A DNA stretch of 64,000 bases from Hormiphora californensis (GCA_020137815.1 CM035350.1:6448001-6512000); one strand, 5' to 3'. Numbered from the stretch's first letter, positions 31,180 to 55,665 are shown. Notes: generated by a model from the letters alone, not told the origin. Translations and numbers: made by a program.

Positions 31180-34100
31180 TTAGGATGTGGGAGGAGGGGG
31201 ATTCCTAAGGTCCTCCATTATTTGGTCTAAATCTGCAATTGACATTGTCTGTGACCCCCTTGGTTTTGGGACGCCCTGAGTGGCGCTCTCTTTCCAGCCG
31301 ATAAAGTAGAGCACATTAAAGGAGAGGGGAAGTGTTCCGTCGGGTTCCGCGTAGAGGGAATTGTAGATGGCAGATGCAGCAGTGAGAACATCTCTACGTA
31401 GGAAGGGTGCTCCAGATCCCAGACAGCTGTTCTCGCCCATTCCCTGTAGGAAGACGGGGTGTAAAAAGGCTGAGAGGGGGGCATTATATATGGAGCTGGA
31501 GGTGAGCGATTATAATGTACTTATAAACATTATGCATAACTAGCACACCCATCGGGTGCGCCTCAAGCATGGGCTGATGACAAACCCTCTTTACTAAACC
31601 TTAAACGCCAATTTTTACTGTTGCCATGGCAACTGTATCGGTCACCATGAAGACTGAATCGCTAAAATGTACATTCCAAAACAATCAAAAACTCCCAAAA
31701 GTGTGAATAACAGTTTTACAGATTAGGTCACAGCTTTGGCTGTCGCTTAACAACGCACTGAACGAACGGCCAGTCCCAAATTATGATAGAGATATTACTG
31801 TGATTTGTGGGGATTGCGTCCTCAGGAGAACTCGACAGGGCAATGAAATTTTCCTGGAGTACTGTACAATAACAAACACGAGTGTATTAGAAAACAATTG
31901 TTTCACTACCAGTGGCCTGGTAGATCATCAGTTCCGCTAATAGAGATATTATACTGATGTAATTATACATACTGATGTATTATGCAATCATCTAACGGAT
32001 AGAAGCGATAGAAGAAATATCTACAAGCATAAAGATATTGTAACCCCGGCCCTAAATTTACAAAATATGCTGATGAGTGACATCCGAATCACGCCTATCT
32101 ATCTATCTCTATCACTCTCAAGGCATAATCTCCTCAGATTAAGAACCTTCCGAGTGGGGCCACAATGTTACAAACTCCTCTCTTTCTCTCTCTTGGGCCA
32201 CAGATCACAAAACGAGAATAAAATACCATTATAAGTACGTTATGTGGTCATGACACATTAGACACACTAAGGTTTCGGGTTACAATACAGAGATAAACAA
32301 ACCGATAAAATATTATATTGCAAAACATGGCATGCTGCTGGGATTGTGGTATAAAATGGGGTTGGGGGAGGGGGAGGGGTTGCAGCAGGTGTTCAACCTA
32401 TAAATGGCTAACGTTCAACACACCATCACACAAAAATTTCGAGAGAGAAATAATAGTGTTGAGCAACAAAAGGGGCTCGCCGCAAGAAGTACACATTTTA
32501 CACTGATGACCTAAAAACAACTTATATATGCAGACTTATATATATGTAGATAACTGCAGTATCTATAATAGAACTGAACAAGGGTCAAGGGTGTTTCACA
32601 AAATTATCAAGCCACCACTTCATTAGTATTCAATCATTGTGGAACACCCTGTATACCTTGAGATCTTCCATTATGTAGTACATATCAGGGTATCCAGTAG
32701 TAACCAGGTCACTATCCAGGGTTATCATACAAAACTTGGCAGCATGAAGCAGAGATCCGAGGTCTTGGGCAGTTACGAAGGGCGAGATGTGCGGCGATAT
32801 ACCTCCTGTAGTGGAGAGAGGAAATGAGATATAGAGGAATGGATAGAGAGAAATGGAGAGAAGGGGAGCTGGAGGATAGAAATGGGGAGTTTAGGGGAGA
32901 AGAGGAATGGGTAGAGAGGAATGGAGAGAAGGGGAGAAAAGGAATTGATAGAGAGGAATGGAAAGAAGTAAGATGGATACTACTTACCGCCCCGCGGGCC
33001 AGCCAAGCGTGCTCAACAACCAGATTCGGGTATTCTTTAATAGACAGAGCGAGACATGGCTCAGACAAGTTATAAGAAAAAACGAGAAAATAAAATCACT
33101 CCCCCTTCACGCGTAAACCTCTCTATAGTCTACACCATATAATAATGTCTCAACTCACTACCTAATGTCTATACAGTCGGACCCCGATTTAGTGACACCC
33201 CGATTTAGTGGCAGGATTTTTTTCCCCCGATATAGGAAATTAACATTATTTGACCCCGATTTAGTGGCACCCCGATTTAGTGGCAGGATTTTTCCCCCCG
33301 AGGATGCCACTAAATCGGGGTCCGACTGTACATCTGCATCATATCTATACCTGTTCGTTCCAATTCGGCCTGTTGAAGACTAACTCTCAGTTGATATATG
33401 GTGTCTGTAGAAAACATTGATCCAATAAACACACCGTCAGGACTCAATACTCTATTCACCTGCAACGAAATAGTTTCAAGAAACCTCCACAAAAAAACAA
33501 CTATGTATATTACTGCAGAAACAATTGATTAATCTGAGTGAGTTGAGCAGACAAGAATATACAACAATATGTCAGTGACACACCGCAAGCTTGGGGATTT
33601 ATTTATAGACCAGTATCAAGATCTATATTGCGTTCTGGTAGATCTTGACAATCTCAAAATATTGACGTCTATAATCTACCCAGATCAAAATTGTTGGGTT
33701 TACTAGTTAGATTATTAATCTATTAGATTATTAATCTAACTAGTAAACCCAAAACATATCACAACAAAATAATATTGATAAATATACATAGCCACTCTCT
33801 CTAACTACCTCTTTAAAAAGTCCCGGTAGATCGTTAACCCAGTGCAACCACAGATTAGAAACCACCATATCCTGGGAGTTATCTGGGAACTCTCTCAGTA
33901 GGGAATCCTGTTGCAGGAGAACCTGCTCTGTTGTAACGCCCTGCAGGAGGGTGTGGGATATTATCAGGGGGGTGTTGTGTGGTTTAACTTTCTAATACGT
34001 TAAAACCGCTCCCTAAATATTAATTATAAGGTAGGTGATTGGGCTACTAAAACTACATACCACCATGATACATGTGTGCCTGGTGTGGCTCTCCTCCCTC

Positions 34101-34696
34101 TCTGTACCCACTCTCAAGTAGTCCCAATGTTAGTTGCTATGGTTACCAAGGTGTCACACAACACATAACATCCCTAATAATGTCCCTTTCTAAAAGTAAC
34201 ACTACCAAAATATAGAATAAGAATCGGTTGACTGTTTATTAGCCGCACAATCAGTGAGGAAGTTTTGTTTTCTCCTCCCGGCTGGACAAAATGAGTAGAC
34301 GGGTTTTATTGTAGAAAAACAATAATACCCGTCTGGCGTCTACTCATTTTGCAAAATTTTGTCCAGTCGGAAGGAGAAAACAAAACTTCTTCACTACCAA
34401 AATAAGTATCAAGTTTGCAAATAAAGGTCAGACTGTTGACACACGCCCGTTACAGATAGTTAAACACACAACTGTAACATTAGACACGTGAGAGTAACAC
34501 TGCATGCACGTGCCCGGTATGAGACTTGCAGCACTGTTATAAATGTGTGTGCGTGTTCATTAACTTGTAGATCCCGATATAACTCACAATCACATTCTCT
34601 GATCAGAAATTGTGCCACCATCTTAATTATGAGTTATTACATTTTGTGTGTGTGTGTGAGTGTTTTCCATATTATGAAAATTCACGGCATGAGGAT

Positions 34697-34731
<35 letters not shown>

Positions 34732-34860
34732 GAATTGCTACAAGCTATCTTGTAACATGGTACATGCAATAGTACGAGGGAGGGTGTTACACACTACTTG
34801 TAATACTTCACATAGTCTATGTTACAAATGTCTACTGAAATATATATTGAGGGCGATGAC

Positions 34861-34944
<84 letters not shown>

Positions 34945-36025
34945 TTATAAAGTGCTGTAAGTTGTAACATAGCTCAACTAGGCAGATGTGTGTGTGTCCT
35001 TTACTATAGTCAGTGGGGACAGAGAAGGAAGAGAAAACGTAATCTGAGGGAGAGAAAATAAAAAGAGAGAGATCAGAGAGAGATAGGGATGCTAGGTGTT
35101 ATAGACTGTAGCAGATGTCTGTTGCAATATAAGAAAGCAGCCAGCAAGGCAATTGAGATGAGACACGCGAGAGAGACACACATGTTATGAGGCGTCAAGA
35201 ATGAATGTCAGATAATATGAGATAGAGAAAGCGAGCGTGCGTAACCGAAGAAGGGAACACCATAACAGCATAAGGAAGGGGTGTCATATAAATAACATGT
35301 GACACTTGAAATTCTAGTCTAACAAATATCAATCCCACGGACAGCTTCAAAACAAAAAACAAAAATACCCTCAGAGATTGAGATGTCACTTCTAGTCTAG
35401 AGGTTCCACAGTTTTTCCTTTTAAAACTACTTAAAATGATATTGCTTGCTATGAAGTTGTCAGATTTAAACCATAATATGGTCCAGACTCTAATGGGAAG
35501 AGAAACACATAGGTGAACGCCTTGACATATAATTCAAAATTGAGCCACCATTTGCACTGCCGAAGCAGTAATACCATTTCATGGGGGTGAATCAATCGAC
35601 TCATTATCAACCGAGCATATATAAGGATTTAAACTTGAGAAAGGATCAAAAGCGATAAAAGGTAAAACGAAACTTGATGGTACTGAGAAATATATAAAAC
35701 GGCGATAGAGTGTGAGATAGAGAGAAAACTATGAAGTTTCTATAAAATTGTCAAATTCTAAAGCATGCTGATGGTTACGCAACAACCATCCCTGGACCCT
35801 GATCCCGTCACCCATATTTCCCCCCTTATAATATAGGCCCCATCACCCTCATAACATCACAGGGTAAACCACAACATGGGGGGGGGGGATTACCACATCC
35901 ATCTCTCACCTCAGGGGGTATACGGGGGACGTCAAGGCACCCCTGGGCTGTATCACACTCTATGACGTGGCTGGTCACGTGGGAATTAACATGTTTATAC
36001 ATGTGTCCCTTACCACAACCAAGGA
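31180..36025 (-). CDS. NDUFAF5: NDUFAF5 arginine hydroxylase (SAM methyltransferase fold); 5' end missing (exons ~36025-35910, ~33940-33809, ~33459-33351, ~32805-32658, ~31444-31180)
   Basis: [64 protein letters not shown]...PRGS motifs. Confidence 0.9.
31540..31792 (-). mobile_element. Short non-autonomous Helitron
   Basis: Minus strand A|TC...GCGCACCCGATGGGTGTGCTAG|T (hairpin + CTAG); homologous to 59683-60368. Confidence 0.7.
33174..33328. mobile_element. pogo/Tc1-like MITE in NDUFAF5 intron
   Basis: TA TSD; TIR CAGTCGGACCCCGATTTAGTG. Confidence 0.9.
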
Positions 36026-36677
36026 TCTCGAATCCTCCTCCGATCGTGGGGAGGGGGAAGTCTCTTTCTCGTATTTTCCAAGGGGAATAGTATCTGATCG
36101 AGCAACTTTTTCCGTCGTTCCTCCCTCTCCATCTCCTCCGCCATGTCACTAACTCTTTCTCGTGGGCTCGCCTCTCTTCAGCCTCCTTTGCCTCAGCTAG
36201 CCTCTTCTCCTTGAGATAGGCCTCCTGTTTGTTTTGGGCGACCCTATTTTTCTGAATGCTCTTGAAATTCTCCTTTCTGTAAATGTCAATGCGAGTCTTT
36301 GTTTCCTCTAGATCGATATTGTTTGTCAAATTAAAAATGATATCCTCAAGCTCCTCTAAGTAGTCATTGTACTCTCGTAACGTTTCAAAATCACTCTCGA
36401 CCTTATTATAGTCTTTCAGAACCCGCTTCCTGATATCAACCTCCCTCTCCACCGTGTAATCCTCGAATCTCTTCTGTCTGAAGCCGCTCTTTTTCAGGGG
36501 CATTTTGCAGGTTGAACAGGGTGCACTACCCCTGATATAGAGGTGTTCAACACACTTCTCACATAGTTCATGGCCACACTCGTTAACTAACAGCCGCTGG
36601 GCCTTGTTCTGGTGGTTGCTAGTCCTACACCTGGGACACACCTCCTCTAGGATGGTGACGTGGGAAGTATTCGTCAT
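36026..36677 (-). CDS. MNAT1: CDK-activating kinase assembly factor MAT1 (RING + helical region), C-terminally truncated
   Basis: CPRCRT...LLVNECGHELCEKC...CSTC RING; FEDYTVEREVDIRKRVLKDYNK...YNDYLEELEDIIFNLTNNID is the MAT1 signature. Confidence 0.92.
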
Positions 36678-36698
36678 GACGTCATCATTCTAAACAGA

Positions 36699-36775
<77 letters not shown>

Positions 36776-36890
36776 GGAGAGTGGGGAATGTGCAACGTTA
36801 GAGATTAGAGATAGCTCATTTCTATAAATAGCATAAAACTTTACACAACACTCAACAACATCATGATAATAGCACACGTATGTACGCCTT

Positions 36891-38512
36891 TCACTTTAAT
36901 GAACCATACGCCTGATCTTCTAGCGATTTACTCAAATCAGATCTCTGTTCTTCAAGTGTGCTGGCATATGCAGATACGAATTGTCCAGCTGCACCCCTGT
37001 TACTCGATATCCCTCCCCCGAGTTGTGACCTGCCTCCTGCTCCAACCTGCATTCCTTTTGCTCCCTTCAATATCTCGTCCAGGTACGAATCATCACTCCT
37101 GGTGAAAAGACACAAGTTACACAGCTATCAATATAGTTAATAATCATAATGATTAATGATAATAAAATGGGTGGAAATTGAAACTATGCAGATGGTAACA
37201 CAGCACTTTAAACAGACATGTCTGGTAACACTAACTTGATTTTGTTTAGTTCAATTTCCTGATAGACGGCCCAGGCTCCGACTGGAAGAAAACACAGAGT
37301 GAACGCCTTGACATACTCAAACTTGAGCCACCACTTCATGGGAGCGAATCTGGTCATCATTAGCCTCGCACCTTATAAGGAATTAAAACTTGAGGAAGGA
37401 GCAAACAGATTAAACGATAATATAAGCGAAACTCGATAAGAAAATAAATTACAACAGCGATAGCAGATAGAGCTGGTGAGACAGAAGGCAAATTGAGCTG
37501 AGATTAAGAGAGATCGTTCATGTTAAACTAGATAACTCTGGAAGTGTCTCGTTCTCGCCGCGTTTCTTCCTCTCGAGAGGTGCCCGTGTGTCTATGGGAG
37601 GCCGGGCGACATTATCCCTCAACCTCTTCCTCCTTAGTCGCGTCTCCTCGTCATGTGTCTCGACCGTGGTGTCCTGTACATAGCTCGCCTCAAGGTCCTT
37701 AATCACCACATCCAGATTAGTTTTCACATAGTCCATGCGGGTATGGGTATCTGATTTGGCAGCACTATATTCAAGGGACAGGGATGTTAGTTTCTCTATC
37801 ACTGAACCGTCACTGAAGAGTTCGTTTACTGCTGTAGGGTTAGGATCTTGTGTCGGCTCTTTTGTAGCACTCAAAAACCTGTGGAACAATATGTAGAAAT
37901 TAGTTGAATTCAATAAAAATGGAAATTCAGTGAAAGGAAAAGGCCATGGTTTTCAACAAACCTTTCTATGGGAATCTGTTTGCTGCTCCAAATGAGGTTA
38001 TCGTGAGCCGGGACTATCTCAAACGCATTAACGGTCATCAACTTGTTAAACAGATAAACCACATCTTGTTCCTGTGACAGGTTTTAATTTGAGATAACCG
38101 GTAAAGATAAAAGGCAACGAAATAGGAAAGAGGAGGCCGCCAATAGAGAAAGCTACTAGTGAGGGACACCACTGACCTGTCTATCACAGTGGGCCTGCAC
38201 CAAGGCACGGAGGTTCAGCATCTCGGTTGTTGTGATGGGAATATTTACCCTCAACCAGTTTGTGTTGGGCTGGGTAACGAAGAAAGCATAAAGTAGAAAT
38301 ATGGCTCCTTTTCCGAGTAACACCCCTCGATCGATACCCCGGACAATATATTCCAGAATTTCTCTGATGTAGTGCCGCTGCTCCCGTGATATTGGCGAAC
38401 AGTAGTAAATACAAGACATGTTCTTTTTGCGCCACAAATCATGGAAGTCTGATAAGGTCTGTTCCGTCTGAGAGAAGTCTTTTATAAATAATGCAATGTC
38501 GTTTTCTGCCAT
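36891..38512 (-). CDS. SNAPC1: snRNA-activating protein complex subunit 1 (SNAP43); last exon (~37100-36891) less certain
   Basis: DFHDLWRKKNMSCIY, GAIFLLYAFFVTQP and DVVYLFNKLMTVNAF match the SNAPC1 N-terminal domain. Confidence 0.8.
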
Positions 38513-39092
38513 TATTGAGCTTATAATACGACTGAAGAGTCCTTGAAGATTAGTTTCTTCCCAGGCTTATTTATATGTCTGGTTCCCGTCTGGAACAACA
38601 CTGGAACTACACGATTCACGAAGGCGTGAAGTTTCAACGTCAATTTCAAGGACTCCACACTTCAGAACGTATCTCTTAGTGACTTTTATCTCTGATAAAC
38701 GCGTATTTCAAGCAATAAGTGGTCAAATTCGGATAGCTGATTCTATCTTACTATCTAAAACACGGAAAAACGCTACAAATTAGCCAGAGTTTCGATTTGA
38801 GGACATTTTTTTTGTGTAAAAAAATTAATTTTGATTTTCCGAATTAAGTAAAAGAAATCGGAAAACGTCGATGCAAATATCTTATTGTAACGTAACGCGC
38901 TTAAAGTGCGTTTCAAACGACTTGACCTGAGATTCCTGGAAATTCAGGATTTCCCCTTTGTAAATACACGCGCAATGCGCCAAATTCCAAGAATTACGGG
39001 TCAAGTCGCTTGAAACGGACTTTACAATTGGCATAAAACACTGCATTGTAACGCGCATTTGAATAGAAAGTGTGCATGCGTCGCGATCCGCC

Positions 39093-39462
39093 CGATAAGG
39101 AACCATAATAAAGTTCAAGAGCCTCCAAGAGCGCACCAGGTCCAAGAGCACACCAGGACCAGGAGAGCACTCCATCCAGAAGAGACCGCGCGCAAGGGAT
39201 ACCACGCGCAGAAGAGACCGCACGCGCAAATACAACGCCGCGCTGGTCTCTTCTGCGCGTGGTGTCCCCTGCGCGTGGTATCTTCTGGATGGGGAGCTCT
39301 CTTTGATGTGGTGCGCTCTTGGAGTGGTCTCTTCTGGATGTGGTACGCTCTTGGTTGTGGTCTCTTTTGGATGTGGTGCGCTCTCAGGTGTGGTCTCTCT
39401 TCGATGGGGTGCGCTCTTGGGTGCTCTTGGAGGCTCTTGAACTTTATTATGGTTCCTTATCG
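39093..39462. mobile_element. Foldback MITE in the divergent SNAPC1/MPP7 intergenic region
   Basis: ~45-bp TIR CGATAAGGAACCATAATAAAGTTCAAGAGCCTCCAAGAGC; internal ~29-bp repeats; no clear TSD. Confidence 0.75.
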
Positions 39463-39740
39463 AGTTGTCCGTTCCGAGTCGAGAATTTTAAGACTGAAAA
39501 GCCGACGCACTGCCAGATATCGAAGTGTCTCCTGCTACGGGTAATGGTGTCTTATGATGTGCCGTGCGGTAGGCTGCATCATGCGTGTGTTATATGACGT
39601 GGTAAGCCTACGTGAGGGACTTTTTTACGGATCGCCGTTTAATTGTTGAGCTGCTGGCATTGACAAAATGTTGTTTTATGAACAAAAATAATTAGTTTTG
39701 TTGTTTTGATATCCAATACGACCCACCATATTGTTGTAGC

Positions 39741-40838
39741 ATGACAGTGGACGATGGTAACAGTGAGGATGGCCATGATTATCTCCAATCCATCTTCCAG
39801 ACAGCCCACTACAACGACCTAATGAGGGTCCACAAGTCCATCCAGAATACAGAGGGAAAGACACCCACCCACATGGGGTCACGGTTAAAATGTTCTGCCT
39901 TGCTTGGTGAACTGAAGAATCACGCCCACCAACACGCCTCCCAGCTGCAGGATGTTCTGTCGTCGCCTGGAATGCAGGTAAATACTAATTATTATTGGCA
40001 AAACCTTTTTCGGTGGTTTACTACTTTCTCAAAACATTTCGATATCTCGGTTGTATCATGTCTTTGTCTTCAGGGGTTGTTTCGGGTGTACGATTCACTA
40101 TCCCGGAAGGACTACGTTCCCAAACTCCCAGAAGTGTTGCCTGATTATGCTGCTAACGAGCCCCTGGTAAAGATAGTCAGAATTGTCAAGGAAACCCCTG
40201 AATTGGGAGCCACTTTAAAACGGGACGAGGGCAATGGTGCCATTCTGGTTAGTCGGATAATGCATGGCTCTCCAGCCGACCGGAGTGGACTTTTGTCACC
40301 GTCTGATGAAGTGAAACAGATCAACGGGGTCAGCGTTACAGGCCGATCGTTGGAAGACGTGGCACGGATATTGGGGAAGTTGCAAAATGGGTGTTTAGCA
40401 TTCAAAGTTGTTCAGGGGCAAGATGAAAACTTGCGAAGGTAATGAGCATACACGAAGTCACCCCTTTTATTGCATACATCCGTTAGCAATAATAACAGAG
40501 GGGTAATTTCATTACCAAGGGTCTCACCCAGGCTACACCACCTATTTTTCTGTAACCCTTTTTCTGAAACCCTTTTTCTTGTTTCCACAGCGGGGACAAT
40601 AACAGACATGTAAAAACGAACTTCGAGTATGATCCGAGTTGTGACCGCTCCTGTCCGTGTCCCGAGGCAGGCCTTTCCTTTAAACGGGGTGACATCCTCA
40701 AACTGATAACACATGATGACAATATGTGGTGGCAAGCGAGCAACATCTCCGATCCTCAGATGAGGTTAGTTATTGTGCAACAAATAGTAGTGATGGGAAG
40801 CTGTGTACTTCCCCAGCTTGTCTCCATGTCTCTCTCTC

Positions 40839-40918
<80 letters not shown>

Positions 40919-41522
40919 CCTCCATTTAACCACCCTTCCCCTTCCCAGAACGGGCCTGATTCCTAGCAAGGAATTCCAGGACAGGCGTGTCTCTCAATCT
41001 GGTACAAGTGACGACTCCCTCTCCTCCTCGCCCTCCCTCCGAAAGGACCAAAACAACAACAGTGCATCGCGGTCACTCAGTTTTAGACGGAAGAAGAAAG
41101 CTAAAAAGATAATGTTTTCATCCGTTAAATCTCTGGACGACGAGGGTGAGATGTTTCGAAGTTACGAGGAGGTAACGCTTGAGTACCCTGATCCAGCCCT
41201 ACCTCGTCCGATAATCTTAGTAGGAGCACCAGGGGTGGGGTGCGATGAACTTAGACTGAGGATGATCGGCAACAAATCGGGCCAGTTCGCCTCCCCAATC
41301 CCCCATACCACACGACACCCCAAACCCTACGAAGTTAATGGAAGGGATCTCCAGTTCGTTAGTCGAGGGGAAATGGAACGTAAGTGATCCTCCTCTAAAA
41401 TTGAATTATATTGGCATTTTGCCAGAGGGTTATTTATTATGCTGAATTTTATGTGCTCTGAGTAGAGTTATATCATACGCCTTCGTGTGATGATCCAGTC
41501 TGCCACAATTTTCTCTTCCTCG

Positions 41523-41614
<92 letters not shown>

Positions 41615-42108
41615 TCTCCCCTCTCTCTCCCTTTCTCTTACTATATCAAAGCTAACCTTCAATTACTTCAGGAGGAATCAAAGGACTCCAGTTTATTGAA
41701 CATATGGAATACAAAGGCCAGCTATACGGCACGACATTCGATGCGGTGGAACAAGTACAGAACTGCGGAAAATCCTGTGTAATTCATCTCCAACCTCACT
41801 CGGTAAAACGGTTACGGGGTAGCAAACTAAAACCCTATGTAATCTTAGTTAAACCACCCACCCTTGAGCGACTGGTGTACACCCGGAAAGAGGCAGCACT
41901 ACCCCAGAGACTCAGTGGCATGAAGGAGTTCAAAGAGGAGGAACTGGGTACCATGATCAAGGTATCGGACGCTATTGAGAGACATTTTGCACAGTTCGTT
42001 GACCGGGTGCTGGTTAATGATGAACTCCATACAACTTTCAAGGAACTGCTCGGTATTGTGGAGGCAGTTCGAACTAAACCACAGTGGGTCTCCGCACTAT
42101 GGGGTTGA
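39741..42108 (+). CDS. MPP7: MAGUK p55 subfamily protein (PDZ-SH3-GK), 5 exons
   Basis: PDZ VKIVRIVK...LGATLKRDE.NGAILVSRIM.G..ADRSGL (MPP7-like); SH3 CPEAGLSFKRGD...WWQA...GLIPS; GK RPIILVGAPGVG, PHTTR, YGT, PQWV. Confidence 0.88.
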
Positions 42109-42838
42109 ACAATCTTATCACATGTTTTTTGTAGGGATACCATCATCAAATAATTGTCAGAATAGTTATATTTTTCAGAGAATTAACACGAAAAAGAGAG
42201 CGCATGATCAATTGTAGTTTTGTGTATAAACGGAAAATAGCAGAGAGATGTCCGCATTGATTGATTGATTTATTGCTTCAGAGAATTTATCTAGATACCT
42301 GCCGCCTTTTTCTCACTGCTTGCTACTTGAAGTCCCCCCCCCCCCCACACACACAAATACACACGGTATCTTAATACCTATATAACTCCCCTCTTTAGCT
42401 TGTGATATGTTATAATAGAGAGGTCAGAGCCTCCTATATCACTAAATATCCCGTTTCATATCATCCTACGTGTCCCAATAATTCACTTGAATCCCCGTTA
42501 CTACTTACTACCCTCTAATTCCCCCACTTTCCACAGCTCTCTCTTATTCTCCCACTCTCCACAGCTCTCCCTAATTCCCCCACTCTCCACAGCTCCCCCT
42601 AATTCCCCCACTCTCCACAGCTCCCCTTAATTCCCCCACTCTCCGCTGCTCCCCCTAATTCCCCCACTCTCCACAGCTCCCCCTAATTCCCCCACTCTCC
42701 ATAGCTCCCCCTAATTCCCCCACTCTACACAGCTCCCCCTAATTCCCCCTAATTTCCCCCACTCTCTCCCCCTAATTCCCCCACTCTCCGCAGTAGCCAT
42801 GTAACGTCAAGAAAGATGAGAGATGACAATCGAGGGCC

Positions 42839-45209
42839 ATGACAAACCACTTCAAACCTCTGGTGCCAGTAACCCACAAGGGAAAAGCCGCCTTCTCTAT
42901 CTCGAACAGAGGCATCAACAGAGTCAGTGGAGCTACTAGTGGTGGTATAAATAGAGGGGTCGGTGGAGCAGCTAGTGGTGGTATAAATAGAGGAGTCGGT
43001 GGAGCCACTAGTGGTATCAATAGAGGGGTCAGTGGGGCAACTAGTAGTATAAATAGAGGGGTCAGTGGAGCCACTAGTGGTATAAATAGAGGAGTCAGCG
43101 GAAGCGCCACCACTGTAAATAGAGGGGTTAACAGTTCAAGTGGAGTAGCTGTCAGTAGGGCTGGTGGGATTCGACCTGTCTCCAGTAGTGGCAGTATCCG
43201 GCCCTCAACATCGCGTGTCACAAATGGATCACAACTTGTCGTTGTGTCCTCGTCTAATAATGGACAGCGGAGTAATAAAGATGATGGACAGCAACCAGGA
43301 CCTTCCCGGATCAGGTTTCACCACCAGCAAGTCCCGGGGAAACGATCGTCATCATCCCTAGCCCCACCTCCTCCACCTCCACCTCCCTCCTACAGAACTG
43401 CCTATACTGAGGCAGGGTGTGGTGGTGGATAGTGGTGGCATTTACCCGAGATCCAAGAAGCCGTGTAACTGCACAAAGTCAATGTGTCTCAAGTTGTACT
43501 GTGACTGTTTTGCAAATGGAGAGTTTTGTAATGGATGCAACTGTCAAAACTGCCACAACGACATTCAACATGAAAGCGAGAGGTGAGGTGAAGTTTGTAC
43601 CGAGTTTGAGAATCATGTTTTAACAAGACTTTTGTTATAAATTGACCTACATTTTGTCTAGCATGTTTACCTTTTTGCTCACATCCTTCTCCTTCCACAG
43701 ATCGAGATCTATCAAGTCCTGTCTGGAGCGGAACCCCTTTGCATTTCACCCTAAGATAGGGAAAACGGTTCAGGGAGCAACTGGCGCTCAACACTCTAAG
43801 GGGTGCCACTGTAAACGCTCGGGGTGCCTAAAAAACTACTGTAAGTTTGATTGTTCCACGGCAGTGGGATGTTGGTTTTCCGGTTAGATTTTGTATGCGA
43901 GAGAAGAGAGGGAGAGAGTGAGAGAGATAGGGAGAGAAAAATCCAATATCTCTTTCTCTCTCTCTCTCTCTATTTTTGACAGTCACATTATGATTGTATA
44001 TGGGCATTGGGCTAGCCACCACGGAGGTGGGGTGGTTAACAGGTGATTGTATTCCCACGCTGTCTCCACATGTCAGAAAGAATAGACAGATTTACTGGAC
44101 GAAAACTGGATGTAACTTAGGAGACATGACTTTAAAGGGAGCTGGAGAGAGCTGGAGAGAGAGAGCTGGAGAGAGAGGGGTTAACCTGATTAAACTATAC
44201 ATGCACCCGCTCTGCTCTCTCTCACACTCTCCCACACACTATATCTCTCTTTCTCAGAATCACACTATTGCTCCCCCATTTTACATCCGCCTCCACCCTT
44301 TCACACCACTCTGTTATACAGCTACGGGAGTGGCCAATAATTGACTCACGCCCCATTATGCATGTGTTTCACAACATGGCATGCATTCCTTAACCACAGA
44401 CGCACTTCACCCTTATGCTCTTACACCACACGCTCCAAACCTTCTTATTTAACCTCATTCCAACCACCTCCTAGCCACCTCCTAACCACCGTCCAACCAC
44501 CTCCTAACCACCGTCCAACCACCGTCCTAACCACTGTCCTAACCACCGTCCCAACCACCGTCCTAACCACCCCCTAACCACCGTCCTAACCACCGTCCTA
44601 ACCACCGTCCCAACCACCGTCCTAACCACCGTCCTAACCACCGTCCTAACCACTGTCCTAACCACCATCCTAACCACCGTCCTAACCACCTAGGTGAGTG
44701 TTACGAGGCAAAGATAGCCTGTTCTGCACTGTGTAAATGTGTGGGGTGTAGAAACTACTCCAGTACCCAAAGCACCCTACACCAACTTGCTGATGTGGCA
44801 GAGGTCCGCCATCAGCAACAGTCGAGTGCCGAGGCTCGCTTCTCCTCTCAACTCCAGTATCTCTCAGCTGCCACGACAGCCCCAACCCTTACTTCTTTAC
44901 AACTTAATCTTGATTGTTTGAGTTTGAATCTTATTGCCGCGACTACCAGGTTCGTGCTTGTTTATCTATTGTTTGTTTGTTTGTTTGTTTGTTTGTTTGT
45001 TTGTTTGTTTGTTTGTTTGTTTGTTTGTTTGTTTGTTTGTTTGTTTGTTTGTTTGTTTGTTTGTTTGCACATTTATCTGTTCGTTTGTTTGTTCGAGTAG
45101 CGATGCTGTTCCTATGCAAAAGAGCCGCACCTTTGTGTACAATGTACATCTGTGTACTGAGTGTGTGGTCTGCAGTGTAGTTCGACCACACGCCACAAAA
45201 CTTTCACTC

Positions 45210-45306
<97 letters not shown>

Positions 45307-45486
45307 TTTCTATTTCTCTCTATCTGTCTGCTGTATATCAAATTAATCCCCGTCTATTTCAGATGTATGATTAGTGCCGGATCGCACGCTGTAAACCACT
45401 ACTTTAGCATTGAAACTATTGAAAAAGCCATTATTGAAGAATTTGGACAGTGCTTGAATAAAATAATTGAGAAAAGCATGAAATAG
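42839..45486 (+). CDS. LIN54: LIN54/tesmin CXC-domain protein (5' exon structure uncertain)
   Basis: [50 protein letters not shown]|CECYEAKI; last exon 45363-45486 [12 protein letters not shown]. Confidence 0.9.
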
Positions 45487-46210
45487 TTATGTAATGAACG
45501 TTTACGAGTTATTTTGAGGTTTTGTATGTATTGAATGAGCTATGCTGTTTTCTACTGTACCATAGTAATGTGTAATTCCAAGATTTAAATACTCGTGTTT
45601 TTGTACTCCAATCTTCGCGCTTGGAAGAGGGACAGTTTTGTAACTACCGCAAACACGACTAGCAAAGTCGTGTGCTACAGCTCGCACCGCGCACGTACGC
45701 TCCATGGGCTGAGGAAGATAGAAATAATGCGCGGATATTTGCCGTGCTGACAATTGTCACTTTCATTGAAGCTTTGCAATGCGCGCTACAAAACTGTCCC
45801 ATTTCCAACAATCCAACACGAGTACGAATGAGATAAGAATCGGAAAAAGGTGTTTGCCCAGGGAAGGGATGACAAGGCAGCACAGATCGGAAGTTATCAT
45901 CTGCCGTCAGGGCCAACTCTCTAAGGATTACACATTAATGATAAATTCACCGGTTTCTTGGTTTCATTGTTTTGTCAATCAAAGGACAACAGTTTAATGA
46001 ATAACAATCGTGATCAAACAAAAAAATCAATACACAACCTTTTCATTAAAAGTGAATGAGCAAAAATAATAACTTAGGTTCGGTAATAGTGAACCATTAA
46101 AAAGTATATAGGAATCAGCCTTTCAGTCCTACGACAGTTCATACACAGTTCTCTACTCTCACATAAATCCCCGGCCCACTCCTATAATAATAGGAAACAC
46201 CTCCATTTTC

Positions 46211-55665
<9,455 letters not shown>

